A stretch of 64,000 nt of DNA, from positions 14,012,001 through 14,076,000 of the forward strand of contig OZ004608.1 in assembly GCA_963924565.1 (NCBI GenBank), written 5' to 3'. The notes beneath the pieces are model-generated. The model saw only the letters and a list, made by a program, of their open reading frames with translations, ran no database searches and was not told where the DNA came from. Below, piece after piece: positions 22,323-34,600 of the stretch (positions are counted from its first letter, which is position 1; each line of letters starts with the position of its first letter). Source of the stretch: Ascidiella aspersa. Taxonomy: Eukaryota. A program made the position numbers and the translations under genes.

Positions 22323-23278
22323 ACGGCTACTGAACTGCAGGATCAAAGCATCGCTTTTTCCTTGCAACAAACAAGTTTTACAGTTAAAGATTTACATGCT
22401 GGGACAGAAGCACTCGCCCGCGACTTGCGAAACTTTGAACAAATGCAACGTTCCGAAGACTGTCAACTATTCCGCCTAACACAACAAAACCGTCTTCTTG
22501 GGCTACAGAACCAACGTAAGCAACTTGAGACGTCTCACATTTCTCTCGCCACTTCAACCGCTGAACGGGATTTGCTCCGAGCCTGCCTTCGTTCACTACA
22601 CACCCTTGGAAACCTCACCCGGTATAACACTTCGATTTATTCCTTCACCTCATCGTAAGGCATTCTAAGATTTTCTCGCCTTGCAAGAATTGAGTCTATG
22701 GAAGCCTCCAACACTTCCGATACGAACTTCACTGGAATCAGCGCGATCCTCCACCGGCAAAACACAAACATCTCTAAGAAACTTGAAGACATCGCGAGTT
22801 TCGACAACACAAGCATAAATCTAACGTTCAGCAACTTTCGTCCTTTGGTTTTCACTGAGGATAGCCACCTATTCAACTTCTCGCATGGCGCTTTCTTTGC
22901 TAATGCTGGTGCAGGACCCAACTCAATCGAAGGCGTCCGTGACATAGGATTTTAGGCCAACCCCTTTCAATGGTGGCAATCATCGGAAGTTTGGCGCTAG
23001 CAGCATTTTTACTTCTCATCGGCGGATGCTACGCATGGAATCGTTTTCGTCACAGTAAAGACAATGGCAAACACCGACAAGGAATCGCGTTTTCAACTCT
23101 CTTAAAAAGGGCGATGGCATGTTGCGGTCTTGCAACATCTTTAGCCGTTAGTAATTACTTAAGGAATATTAAATTAACACACTCAGTAACCCAGTGGGTT
23201 TTAAACATTCGTGCATTTCATAGGCGCCGGTTACCACGCAATTTACCTCGCGAATCTGTGTATGACTATAGCATGTGA
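22323..23278 (+). pseudogene. Degenerate envelope-like type I membrane glycoprotein, C-terminal part
   Basis: ORFs 22362-22658 and 22698-22955 are in the same frame, separated by a single TAA. A frameshift near 22950 leads into ORF 22970-23278 with the TM helix MVAIIGSLALAAFLLLIGGCYAW followed by a basic tail. Many N-x-S/T sequons; canonical env position just before the PPT. Confidence 0.65.
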
Positions 23279-24500
23279 TATCACTTTTTATTGTGTAGAT
23301 AATGTTGGATCAATTAGGATAGTATTCAGATATAGGAATTGGTATAGTGTATTTGTCGCTATGTATTGTTGCCGTTTTGAAGATATATTCTATGATAAGG
23401 GAAAATGTTATGTAAAAGTCTTTGATTATAGTTGTTTATTGTTTGGTCGATAATGTATGTAAGTTACTGTAATGCTTAAGCTCGTTTTTGTTGTCAATAA
23501 TTAATAATGGTATTTACGTTTCTTGGTATTTTTGAGTATCAGGCAGATAGTCTTACTGCGGCAGAACATTAGCGCTAAGATACAAATAATCAGAACTCAC
23601 GCTAAATTTTTATTTACGATATATGAGATCGTAAAATTGGTCCCCGAATATCGTAAAAGTACGGTAAAGACAAATCACAAAATGTACAGAATTCGTTACA
23701 CAGGAAATTATACCAAGACTGTTATTCTCACAAGTGCAGGTTATAAATATAGCGTTTGATCCCATGTATCCCAATGAAAAACAACTCTGTGCAACGCTTA
23801 TAATCGTGCCGGAAGTTGTCTGTCTCATAGTGTTCAAGTTCAGTAGCGGATGACGTTTGTATTTAATTGCATGTTTACAAATTTGTGCATTAAGTTCGTG
23901 ACAAGTTTGTCCATTTTTGCAAAATAATGCTGGTGTTAAGAACAATCTTCTTCGAGTTTTCCATTTGTGCACGAACGTTTAATCGCCTAACTGAAATGCT
24001 AATCTAGTTGTCCAAATCTGCCAACAAATACTTTTAACTGAAACGTTTACTCGATCTAAAGACACAAGCTACCACCAGACTGTAGGTAGACGCTGATTAA
24101 CATAATTACATCGCCCAACCAGTATTTAAGAAAACCACTAATCAAACAAAAAAGCGCCTTTTGTCCTTTCTGTGCAATAATTCTGAAAAATTATTAAAAA
24201 CACCATAGGCCTACCTATAGAATTCAGATTTTTCTGCATTAAACATAACACTAAAATCACATTGGTTTTGTGAAAAAAATCACATTGGTTTTGAGAAAGT
24301 TATCTTTCAATCGTATGAAACACGCACTGAGTCGCACTCGTCTTAGTCTTATTTACGTCTTTAGACAGTCTAAATTCGCAACGGTAATAAACGTGCGCTA
24401 CAACCCGACTATAGGCCTCTTTATGGCACCTTTTAGTCGTCTAAAATTCGTTTTCGTCTTGGTCATATCTGCGTCTATGGGAAATCGTAAAGGTAATACA

Positions 24501-24729
24501 ACTAGTACTGCAGTAAGGTTCGAACTTACGACCTCCGGTCAAGCCGGGGCCGTCGTTCTACCAACTGAGCTATGCAGGATCAGAGAGGGACACGCGAGAA
24601 ACAACCATGCGCCAATGCTCGCTCAATCTGTTAGTACCGGTACAAGCAATACAATTGAAGGGGATCCACAGTACCATATCATTTATTCGATGAAACATGC
24701 ACACATAAGCGTTCTGATAACGGAGATCT
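24501..24729 (-). mobile_element. Circularly permuted partial copy of the tRNA-mimic repeat family
   Basis: Reverse complement of about 11787-12020, spanning the unit junction and the cloverleaf. Flanked by aggtaataca (24491-24500) and aggtaatgca (24730-24739). Confidence 0.85.
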
Positions 24730-25553
24730 AGGTAATGCACACTTATTAAAATCGTTTAAAAACACATTTCAAATATACTCTCGTTTTGGGTGTTTAAGGC
24801 GTCTTCTTGTCATTTTTATTCGTCTAAACTCGTAAAACACCTAAAAAACATCATTTAAATCGAGTACAAAAACGTTTTTATGGCGTCTTTTGAACGTCCA
24901 AAACTGGTTTTCGTCTTGGTCTAGTTTTCGTCTATGAAAAATCGTAACGGTATTTCACGACCATAAAAATCGTTTGAAATACGTGTCAGATATGATCTCT
25001 TTTGGGGGGTTAGGACGTCTCAGGTATTTTTTAATTCGGCTAAAACGCATTGATTATTTCGTCTTTTAAGTTACACATTTTCGCAACACTTTGGTTATCA
25101 ACACTAGAATTACCGCGTTGTTGACAAACCTAAAACTACCACGAGCGGTCAAAATAACTGTTAGTTCAATAAGAAAAATGCAAAATAATTGCGTTTTCTT
25201 TTCATTAGGAGTTTCTTTTAACTATTGAGACGTTTCAGCGTTTATCTAGTTTAAGTTTAGCAAAACATTGTATTTCAAATGGGCCTTTATACCGTCGGTG
25301 TTGTTCCTACTAACAAAAACAGTAAACGTAATTGTGCTTCCATAACGCTATCCGTCTTACCGCACACGGATTAGTTTTAAAGTAGAAATCACTACCGCTC
25401 CTGATATCATGCAATATTGCGCTTTTAGTTTACAGACCCCAAACTAGTTTAGCGGATTATTAGAATTACAACACTATATAACACATATATTTTCAAGTTT
25501 TCGGAAACTATGAAACCATAGGAGGAAACAAATTACGAAAGGATGTTTTAACG

Positions 25554-25559
25554 TTTATT
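25554..25559 (-). terminator. Putative polyadenylation signal of KNTC1
   Basis: AATAAA on the minus strand about 65 nt downstream of the stop codon. Confidence 0.55.
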
Positions 25560-25624
25560 AGCAAATGTACACATAACAAGGTATAAATATTAATAATGGC
25601 ACTCTAGTGGACAGAGAAAGAACT

Positions 25625-28600
25625 TCAAGAGTTTAAGCGACGCAGAAAGTCTTTGATCTGAAATTTAAAGGCATTGATAAGCAAACCTAAATAAACTGGT
25701 TTACTATTAAATAACGTAACACAACTTTACGCACGCATGTAATATTGTCTGGTATTTAACGAACGGTAAACAACACAGATCAATAACTTTTTGGACACAA
25801 AGTGTTAGGGTCTTTTATGATATTTCTGGGCCCACGAGCCCGAAAATGCGTTCATTGTTTTTTGATTAGTTTGTTTTTAAAAGCTCTACTTTTCAAAATA
25901 TTCGTCAATAAAAATATGTTTAATTTTCCACGAGTGTGGTGTCTAGCAACGTGGAGGTTAAATCAGACTTAATGCAATATTTTTTTATCTTAGATTTTGC
26001 TAATACCACATCAATGTGCAGATTCAAACCTTACTTTGAGCTGGGAGATCAAGTTAATTTCGGGCTTCGCGCAAGTTTGTAAATGTTCCACAGAAACTAT
26101 TTGTTTCTGGACTTAAAGCTAAATAGATAGCAATCACTTAAACAACTTTCCTCTCAGATATACGCCATGTCGCATTTTGAGGGTAACTTTTTGGTCAATA
26201 AACAATAAATGACTGTTTGTTTGTTGCATTAAGGCTTTTTTATTTCTTTGAATGTACCTGGGCGTACTCACGCTATGCCTATGTGATGTACGAGGCGACG
26301 TTTATGTATTCGTAGGCGAAAAATGCGAAAAAAATAATTTTGCGATATCTCAGAAACTAGAGCAAATTCAAACAACCCAAGTCCATTTTCGGAATCAGGG
26401 GCCCTAAAGTATCATTAGAAAATTGTTGACCCGGTAATTAAGCCACGTGTTACTTAAGCCCAAACGAACAAAGCTCACCATTGCGTATCCCAGCAAAGGT
26501 CGCTGGTTTGAATGCAAATAACCAAGTTGGTGCTCGATCTCAGATGCGAAGTCGGTGGCGAAGCTGGTTGCGTTGCGACGCTCGCCCGGCGAAATTAGCA
26601 TGCAGCCTGGGAAGTAATGGACACAAGATCATTTGATTTAGTGTTAAGATTTTCTTTCAGTGTTCAGTTCACTCAAAGCAGTGGTTCTCAAAGTATCACC
26701 TGCGACCTAAACATGGGTCGCGCAGTGTCTGCCAAGATGATTCAAATCTGTTGACACCATCTTTTTTTATTCAATGTTGTGAGCTTTTTTAATTCCACCG
26801 GAATTGAATTAGTGCATTTTACGTATTTCATTTAGCTTCATCTCAATAAAACATGTTTTTTGTTTACCGTGCCGTAACAGGTTCCGAGAGTTAGCCAAGT
26901 AGCTTGTAAGACTTTAGGTTAATATTAGTTGATAACGGGAGTGTCTTTGGAGTTGAATAGTTCAGCAAGTAGGTAGTGGAGTATCAAGACACTGAAACAT
27001 TGATACACAGGGGCGTACAACTGCGATCTGGCCCTTCAGAAGTCGTACTGACCAACGATAACGCCACACATATCATAGTACACGAAATACCTTCAAAGGG
27101 CTAACTAAAATCAGTTAATCAATTCAGGAATATTTGATGAATTGTGTAAGCAAGGCCCGACTACAAAAACAACTAGCCTGAGGTGATTTTGAACTTACGA
27201 CATCCGGCCATACAGGGATTTTTTCACTGTTGTCAGTTTCACAACTTTTTTTAACAACAAAAAATATGACCTAATTGACCGTTACTTGCCCCACGACTAA
27301 TGAGACAAAAAGGCCATTGGATAGGCCGTGATCTTGTTGATCACTCATGGTAAATCCAAGGGATGAAATTACACGTGAAAAAGCAGGAATCCATTCTAAC
27401 TGACACAACAAGTTTTAAATATAAACACGACGTTAAACTCTTGTTAGTATTTTTAGATTGGCGAAACACCACATTTTAAAACAAAAACGTATACATAGGT
27501 CAAGTATGAATCGTACTGCAACTGCGACGCCAACACAATTTCGGCGTTACTTACCAAGTGCGAGGGCTTGCAGATCGAGCGCCTTGAAGTGTTGAGCCAC
27601 ACCGGAGATGTCGATTCTCAGCAAAACGGGACACTTCATAAGGAAGCGGTACGAAGTCAGGGCCGCATCGCGCTGAAACGTAGAAAGTACATACCACAAT
27701 CAAGTGTTCGTATTGCAAAAATATGTTTCTTAGTGGCCTAATATTGTCGCCATATTAATGCCCCATATAAGTCGACCAACAAACTGAAAGAGAGTAGGGC
27801 GAGAGCAGTAACCCCTCTAAGATGCGCAAATGCGCAAATTGTAGACCGGGACATTTGTGCGGCAAAACTGCTTTTTTCGCACTTTTGCAATAAATTTCTT
27901 ATTAGGATTAGGCAATAAACAAAGACAATTGTTAAAAAACTATAAAAGCACAAAAGTACGTAGAAGCTATATGAATTAAATGCGTATTTGTTCGTAATTC
28001 GGTAAAATTGTACACAAATTTTACCAGTTTACAACATTTCTAACTTATTTGTCCCTGTGGTAACTCAACGTTATTCATGCTCAACAAAACATACATTTGC
28101 AGCATACAAAGTTTCGCGAAAGAGACACTGGCAAAAAGTCTTTTTGTAGCTGACAACAAAAAACAACTGCTTACGTTTGTCTACTTTTCGATTCGATAAG
28201 TTGTAAGGAGGCTGGTACTTTTACAATATCGATAAGTTATAAGGAGGCTGGTACAATTACAATATCGATAAGTTGTAAAGAGGCTGGTACTTTTACAATA
28301 TCGATAAGTTATAAGGAGGCTGGTACAATTACAATATCGATAAGTTATAAGGAGGCTGGTACAATTACAATATCGATAAGTTGTAAAGAGGCTGGTACTT
28401 TTACAATATCGATAAGTTATAAGGAGGCTGGTACAATTACAATATCGATAAGTTGTAAGGAGGCTGGTACTTTTACAATATCGATAAGTTATAAGGAGGC
28501 TGGTACAATTACAAAGCTTGAATACTTTGTACTTAACTGGGACAAACCTGTCGAGTGTCGAGTGGTGGTGTTAGCGCCACTAGCGGCAGTGTGACGCACG

Positions 28601-31600
28601 ATTGCCAGACCGAGGCGAGGCAAGACAAGGAGCGGACAGCCGGGATGAGACAGATCGAAGGTAAAAGTTGTTGCAGGTAGGTCACCTGTGATGGAATGCA
28701 AGTGGGAAGATTACAGGTTACGTAAAAAGTAACAAAAAAGACACGGAAAAGACTTGGAAATATGTGTTTTAGATGGTAACTTTGGTAGGGTCTTAAAAAT
28801 GTGCACCAAATGTTGCGTAACTAACTGGTTTTTGTCGACAACAGTATCTGATAAAGAACGTATAATATATAATCCATACCAGAATCTAGCATGAATATTC
28901 AAAAAAAAAAAAAGTATCGCTAAAAAGGATTACCAGCAGAAAATATTTTTTCAAAATGTTAAAAAAATATCAATAAATATACTGTTGCAGCCAGGCATTG
29001 TATCAACTGTAAAAATTTTCGTTCGGCAATATATTTTAATAAATGTACCGACGTTGCGACAACCCGTTATTATATTATTATACAAAGATTTTTACAGAAA
29101 CATCAGCGATGCAACTGTACCGCATTTTTTTACTGGGGTTCTCTAGAAAAAAAAATCCGTGCCAGTTTTACTAAATGTACCGACGTACCGACGTACATCT
29201 AATAAATTTCATATTCTATAAAATATTTTGCCCAAACTGCAGCGACAGCAACTTTCCCCGAGGCTCTCCGTAACAAAAAATCAGTGACAGTTACGCGCAC
29301 GTCGAAAGAAACAGAAGTCCGACCTGCTGCAGCGAGACGAGATGTTGCAGCAGAACGGCCCAAGTCTCAGGTGCCACTGGGCCGAACTCGCGACAGAGGT
29401 CGGCCGCCGCCCTGAGGGCCAAGGGATTGTGTCGGTGGGCCGGGGAGGCCACGATGCTGCGGGCCACCGACGACTTGTCGCTGCGTCTGAGGTGAGCCGA
29501 CGGGATCTTGAAATGGGCGGCCTCCAGCTGGGTCAGGTAGACCAGGATTCGAAGCTCGGACCTGTAGTTGGAAAGTTTCCCTTTTTTAATAAAAGACGCG
29601 TTTTTATAACGGGCGTATAAACCTTGGAAAAAACTATGGGCCGCAAGGAGCCTTTTCTCTTTTGTTCTTTAATTACCAATTGTTAAATGGCATTGGAGCA
29701 TAATGGTTGTGGTTGTACTTAGACGTAGTAAGAATATGAAAGCCCATAGCGAAGTAGGCATCATTTTGAACGTTTCGAGCATATCATTGTTCACTTGCAC
29801 CATTGTGAGAAAAAACTGATTATGAGTATATATTAATGGCATTTTTTCGTATACAAAATCTGGGCCCATCTAAAAATGTTTTTCAACAGGTGTTTCAACT
29901 CAGTGAACAAATAGTTGTTTGTACATTTATAAATACACCTTTAAATATTTTGGCTTTTAGTCCTGTACAGCTTCGAAAAAAAGTTTAAAATTCGCACAAG
30001 AGAAAGTAACCTGACAATTGGCAGATTTTATAAACAACCACTTTTTGGATTTTTAAATTTAAACGAATTATAATGGCATATATTACCAATAATCTAGTCT
30101 ATTTACTTGTTATCTGATGTTATATTTTTTTCAACTCAACGTCGTCTATGAGGGTGTCTTTCAGCAGCATTGGTAATAATATTAAGTTTTTTTGGTAATG
30201 TTGAGTGAATCACCCTTTGAATAACAAAACATTTCGTTTTGGATCGGATCGGTTGCCAGTATTCACTGCGACGAATCCTTACCGGAGCTGGTCGCCGGTC
30301 TTGTCAGTGAGCGATTGCACGATACTGTCGTTGGCGATGTGCAGCAGACAGTTGATGGCACGAACACGACAGGCGTTGGTGAACTTGCGGTTCTTGTGGT
30401 CGCCAATTAAGCGCACCAGGTAACTGCAAAATAACAAAGTTAGCAACGCTCACCTTTCTGTCCGGCAAGCTAAATTTTGGGGTTTTAGAATCTTAACTAC
30501 ATTTTTGGTATTGACGGACATGCGAAAAGTTTCTTTACCGACTTTCAAATGTCCCGGGACCGGTTTTTCGTCAAGATAAGAGTTTAGATGGGAGGGTTAC
30601 TTAAAATGTAGAGCAGTTAATTACACACGAGGAAGCTTGGAATTGAAGTTGGATAATTAATCTTTAGGTTTATTAGGGAGACAATGTAATAGTTTTCAGA
30701 ACTTGTAAAAACATTTTATGATTCCATTTGATAAACATTAACATTAGCAAACAAGTGATTTAACATAAACAGGTGATTTGTTTACTTTATTGAAAATGGA
30801 AGTATATTAATAAGATTAACCAAGAGTTGGAATGACAATTGTGATTTCTTTCTTTATGCAATTAGCTGGTCTAACCAAAGTTAGTATATGTTTTCTTGCT
30901 AATCGATTAGGACTTAAATTGTCCCACTTACGTGGCTTGCTTCAGTGGATTGGTGTGAGTGAGAAGGTAAATCAGGTGAATAAGTTCCTTTTCGTCTTCG
31001 GAACGTTCCGAGGGTTCCTGGATCAAAGCCGCAGTTCGTATCCTCTCCAAATTTGTTGTCTTAAAACAAAGTTTTAATTGGAAAGCAAGAATAAAAAATA
31101 AATAACTCCAAGAAACAACAAACACAGATAGCAGGTGGTGGTTATTTTTTGTATCTGTTTTACACGGGCACTAAGCTGAGTAATAACTAGCGAAAAATAT
31201 GTTTGAAATATGAAATTAGGAATATTGTTCTGCTGGCGGCATTTACGTCTTATTAGAACCACTAATTGCCCCACCAACCAGACTTGCAGAACAGATATAA
31301 TTCTAGTTTAACGCAACTAATCCTAATTCTATTCTAGTTTGTGGTTTGCTTGTGCGCTAATTTAGTGCTAATCTATTTCGGCTTTTACCAAAAATGCTAC
31401 TTTCTCCAACAGCATTTTTTTAATTTTTTTTGTTGAAACTACTTGTTGAGTAAGTTTTACAGCATAGAAGCCAAAACCCACAGAAATATTTGGAATTTAC
31501 ATTCTGATTAGAATATACTGCGATTTAAACTAAACTGATTGTGAGTAATTAAATGTAATTCTAGTTCAAAATGTAGTATTACTTTTTTTTTTTTCAAGAA

Positions 31601-34600
31601 TTCACTAATTCTTATACTAATCTATAGATTTTAATTCTTTTGTAATTTTGAAAAGCAAAAATAAATCAAGTTGTGCAAGTCTGCCACCAACCGTGTCATC
31701 GTCTGCAGCCGAGGTGTCTGGTTTGTCAGCAGCCAGCAGAAGTTGCCAGATCATGGTCAGTCGGAGCTTGGTGACGTCATGACCGTGTACCTCGCCCAGG
31801 TGCTCAACAACCGCGTGTATATCTGCGAGAAACATAGTGGTCACTGTAGGTTATCTAGGAAGCATCAGGGGGCGTGTTTCGAACTGTCTTGATTTTATGC
31901 GAATAGTAGCCTTGGACGAATTCAAGAATTTAAAGTGCGGATTAAAACAGAGAATCTATTACAGGATTTATGTTGACAATTCCATCCAGGCTGTACAACA
32001 CTTGAACTTCAAAGTAAAGTTTGTCGATTTTCTAACGGGGCGTTATCATCCTGACAACTCCTTAAATGTTGAACTTCGAAGTAAAGTATGAAAATTATAG
32101 CTTTTGAAATATCTAAAATTGGTTCGCTCAACGCTTTTTTAATATAATTCGAAACAAATCAGTATATATAATTATACATGCCATGGTCACCGCCATAAAA
32201 AATAGTAATAGTTTTTTTTCAATGCACTTACTGAACACCTAACTTAAAGCTGCACATAACATAAATCCAAAGACTTTTAAATATACAAATAGGTTCAAAG
32301 AGTTTTAAAGACTCAAAGACTTTGTGGCAACCCTGTACATTGTACAACGTTTATTACAGTTTACAATTGCCTTGAATGCTTCAAAAAATTCGCTCGTAAA
32401 AATGTAAAAAGGGGACAAACGCCCGATGTTTAACATGCGGAGAATAGCAAAGCGCCAAAGTTCCATCAAAAAACAGCACCAGGCCGACAACGGCGTTTGA
32501 AAGGTGCCTCCGTCTCAACAAAATGCTCCCCGAATCGGTTAAACGGCTCCACGCACCTGGGTACTTGTCGCCGGGCTCGAAGAACCTCCTTACTATGGAG
32601 GGATGCTTATAGAGCTGCACCACTAGATTGGTGGGCTGGTTCATCAGTTTCAGCAGGTCAGGGCTGTCCAGGGCGTGTCGGGCCAGCAGGGCCTCGGTGT
32701 CGGCCTGTTTGTAGCTCCACACCAGGGTCTGGTGAGCGTTGCTAATGGCCTGCCGTTCGTCCGAATCGTCAGTGATCGTTTCACGCCACTTGTCCACCAG
32801 CGAAATGCACCTGTACGTGTACAGTAAAAAAAAAGACAGTCGTTTATTGTTGCAACTGACTAAAGCCTAAGAGTTTGCCCGACATTAGCTATTTCTAACT
32901 ACCCCGAAATTCATCAATACTGTTAAGATTAACAGTGAGCTTGCTTAACCGCATTTTTATGTAAGTACTTTATGACCTATTTAATTGTGTGATCCTTCTA
33001 TGACTTGCGGTCAAAGGTCACTGAGCACATGGTGCCTTGACATTGTAGTTGTCCTTACGGCAGTTGGTGTTACTACCTTGTCGCGGTAGGAGCTCATTTT
33101 ATTAGTTACTTGTAAGTGTTTGGCAATGATGTTTAACTTACTGATTCTGTTTCAGTTTTATTAACGTTGTTCTGTATTGATTCTATTGGAATAAGGAATC
33201 CACTTGTTTAAGCCTTTGCGTGTTTTAGTAAATTCCTGTACGTGTACACTGATAAAGACTTCAGTATCGGATCGGATCCATTAGTTTTCAAATACCACAC
33301 CATTTAACTGCACTGAACTGGACAATACGTAGGCAATTTTGCGATTAGATAGATGTCACAATTGTCACATAGTCAAGGTTTGGCTAAATAAAATACCAAT
33401 CCTTTAAAAAAATGTGCCAAAAATAAACGATTTTCAAACAGCAAATGCATACGAAAAACATTAATCGATGTTAGCTTGAAACTACTGTAAATAACTTGGG
33501 CCTAACTCCGGCCTAACTGGCCAAGCTACAATACTGGGGTATATATTTTGTTTCAAACAAGGTATTGCTAGTATTTTTATTCGCTCCAAAAGACATAAAA
33601 TAAATGTGTCACTTACCACTGGTAAGCGGCCACCTTGTCTTCGCCAGGCGATAGCACCTCGGAAATGCGCTTGGCCATTGCGACGGCCATCGTGCAAGAA
33701 GTCATCTTTTCCGTGAGGGCTTGAACTTGGGCGAACACGTCGGTGGCAAGTGCTGCGTTGCCGTCAATCTTCGATGCTTGCTGCAACAGCGATAAGACAT
33801 TTAAGTTGCTTATTTCATTGAAATATTTTTAAGAAACTGGGAACCAGAAAGCATTTTAATAAATGGAACTTAAATATAGATCGCAGTAAACTTTAAACCG
33901 TTTTTTTTTTATGTTTTTTTGGTCCCGTTTGTATACATACAGTATCTGTACACACAGCCCGGACAAAGGCGACTGGGTAGTGGATAGGTACAATTTTTAA
34001 ATTGGCTATGAGAGCTCTATTCCAATATTTAACTTTTTTAATGATTTTATTGATTTCATGTTGCGTTTGTTGTAAATTTTGCTTTCATACTGTCCTGTGC
34101 TTTAGTAACTGAAGAAAAACTGTTCATAATTTTGCGATTTGCGAATGTTTGGGCTACTATGTGGTAGAAAAAAGGTTAAGAACCACTGTTCTAAAGTATA
34201 CAAGTTTATACAGATGTTAACTATTGATGTCCCACAATATCGGATACGAGGTTATAAGGCTAAGTGATAGTATCGGTTCACATTCGATACAAGTGTGACA
34301 TTTCAGCAATTTTCTTCATTTCAGTCATGTCTTGCGATCCAACGCACAATTTTTTACCTTGAAAGGTTAATCTCTCAGAAACTGACATTAAACTTTGAGG
34401 GTCTAAGCTTTCTAAAGCCAAATCAAACGTTTGCTTACTAAGCTGGACAATGGACATTGGACAGCCATGCTTTTGCACGTTTTAGTTTTATCCATTTTGT
34501 AATTAAACAATACTAAAGGGGTCGTTTTTAAATCGGACGGCCCACTTTTAGCCCTGTAAGTAACAGAAGAAAAGAATCGTACATTCCCAGTGTAATCAAT

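Larger units (their letters stand above)
19305..23658 (+). mobile_element. Non-autonomous LTR retroelement with an env-like remnant
   Basis: 517-bp direct repeats at 19305-19821 and 23120-23636 (about 6 mismatches by eye), starting TG. PBS-like tggtccccgag follows the 5' LTR; a purine-rich tract aaaaagggcgatggca precedes the 3' LTR. 5-bp TSD gtacg at 19300-19304 and 23659-23663. No recognisable gag or pol. Confidence 0.88.

Noticed and set aside
24270-24731. 153-aa plus-strand ORF
   Set aside because: It runs through a degenerate repeat and the antisense strand of the tRNA-mimic insertion, so it is not a credible protein.
28194-28514. CRISPR-like 36-bp repeats
   Set aside because: Units are contiguous with no unique spacers, there are no cas genes, and the context is a eukaryotic intron.
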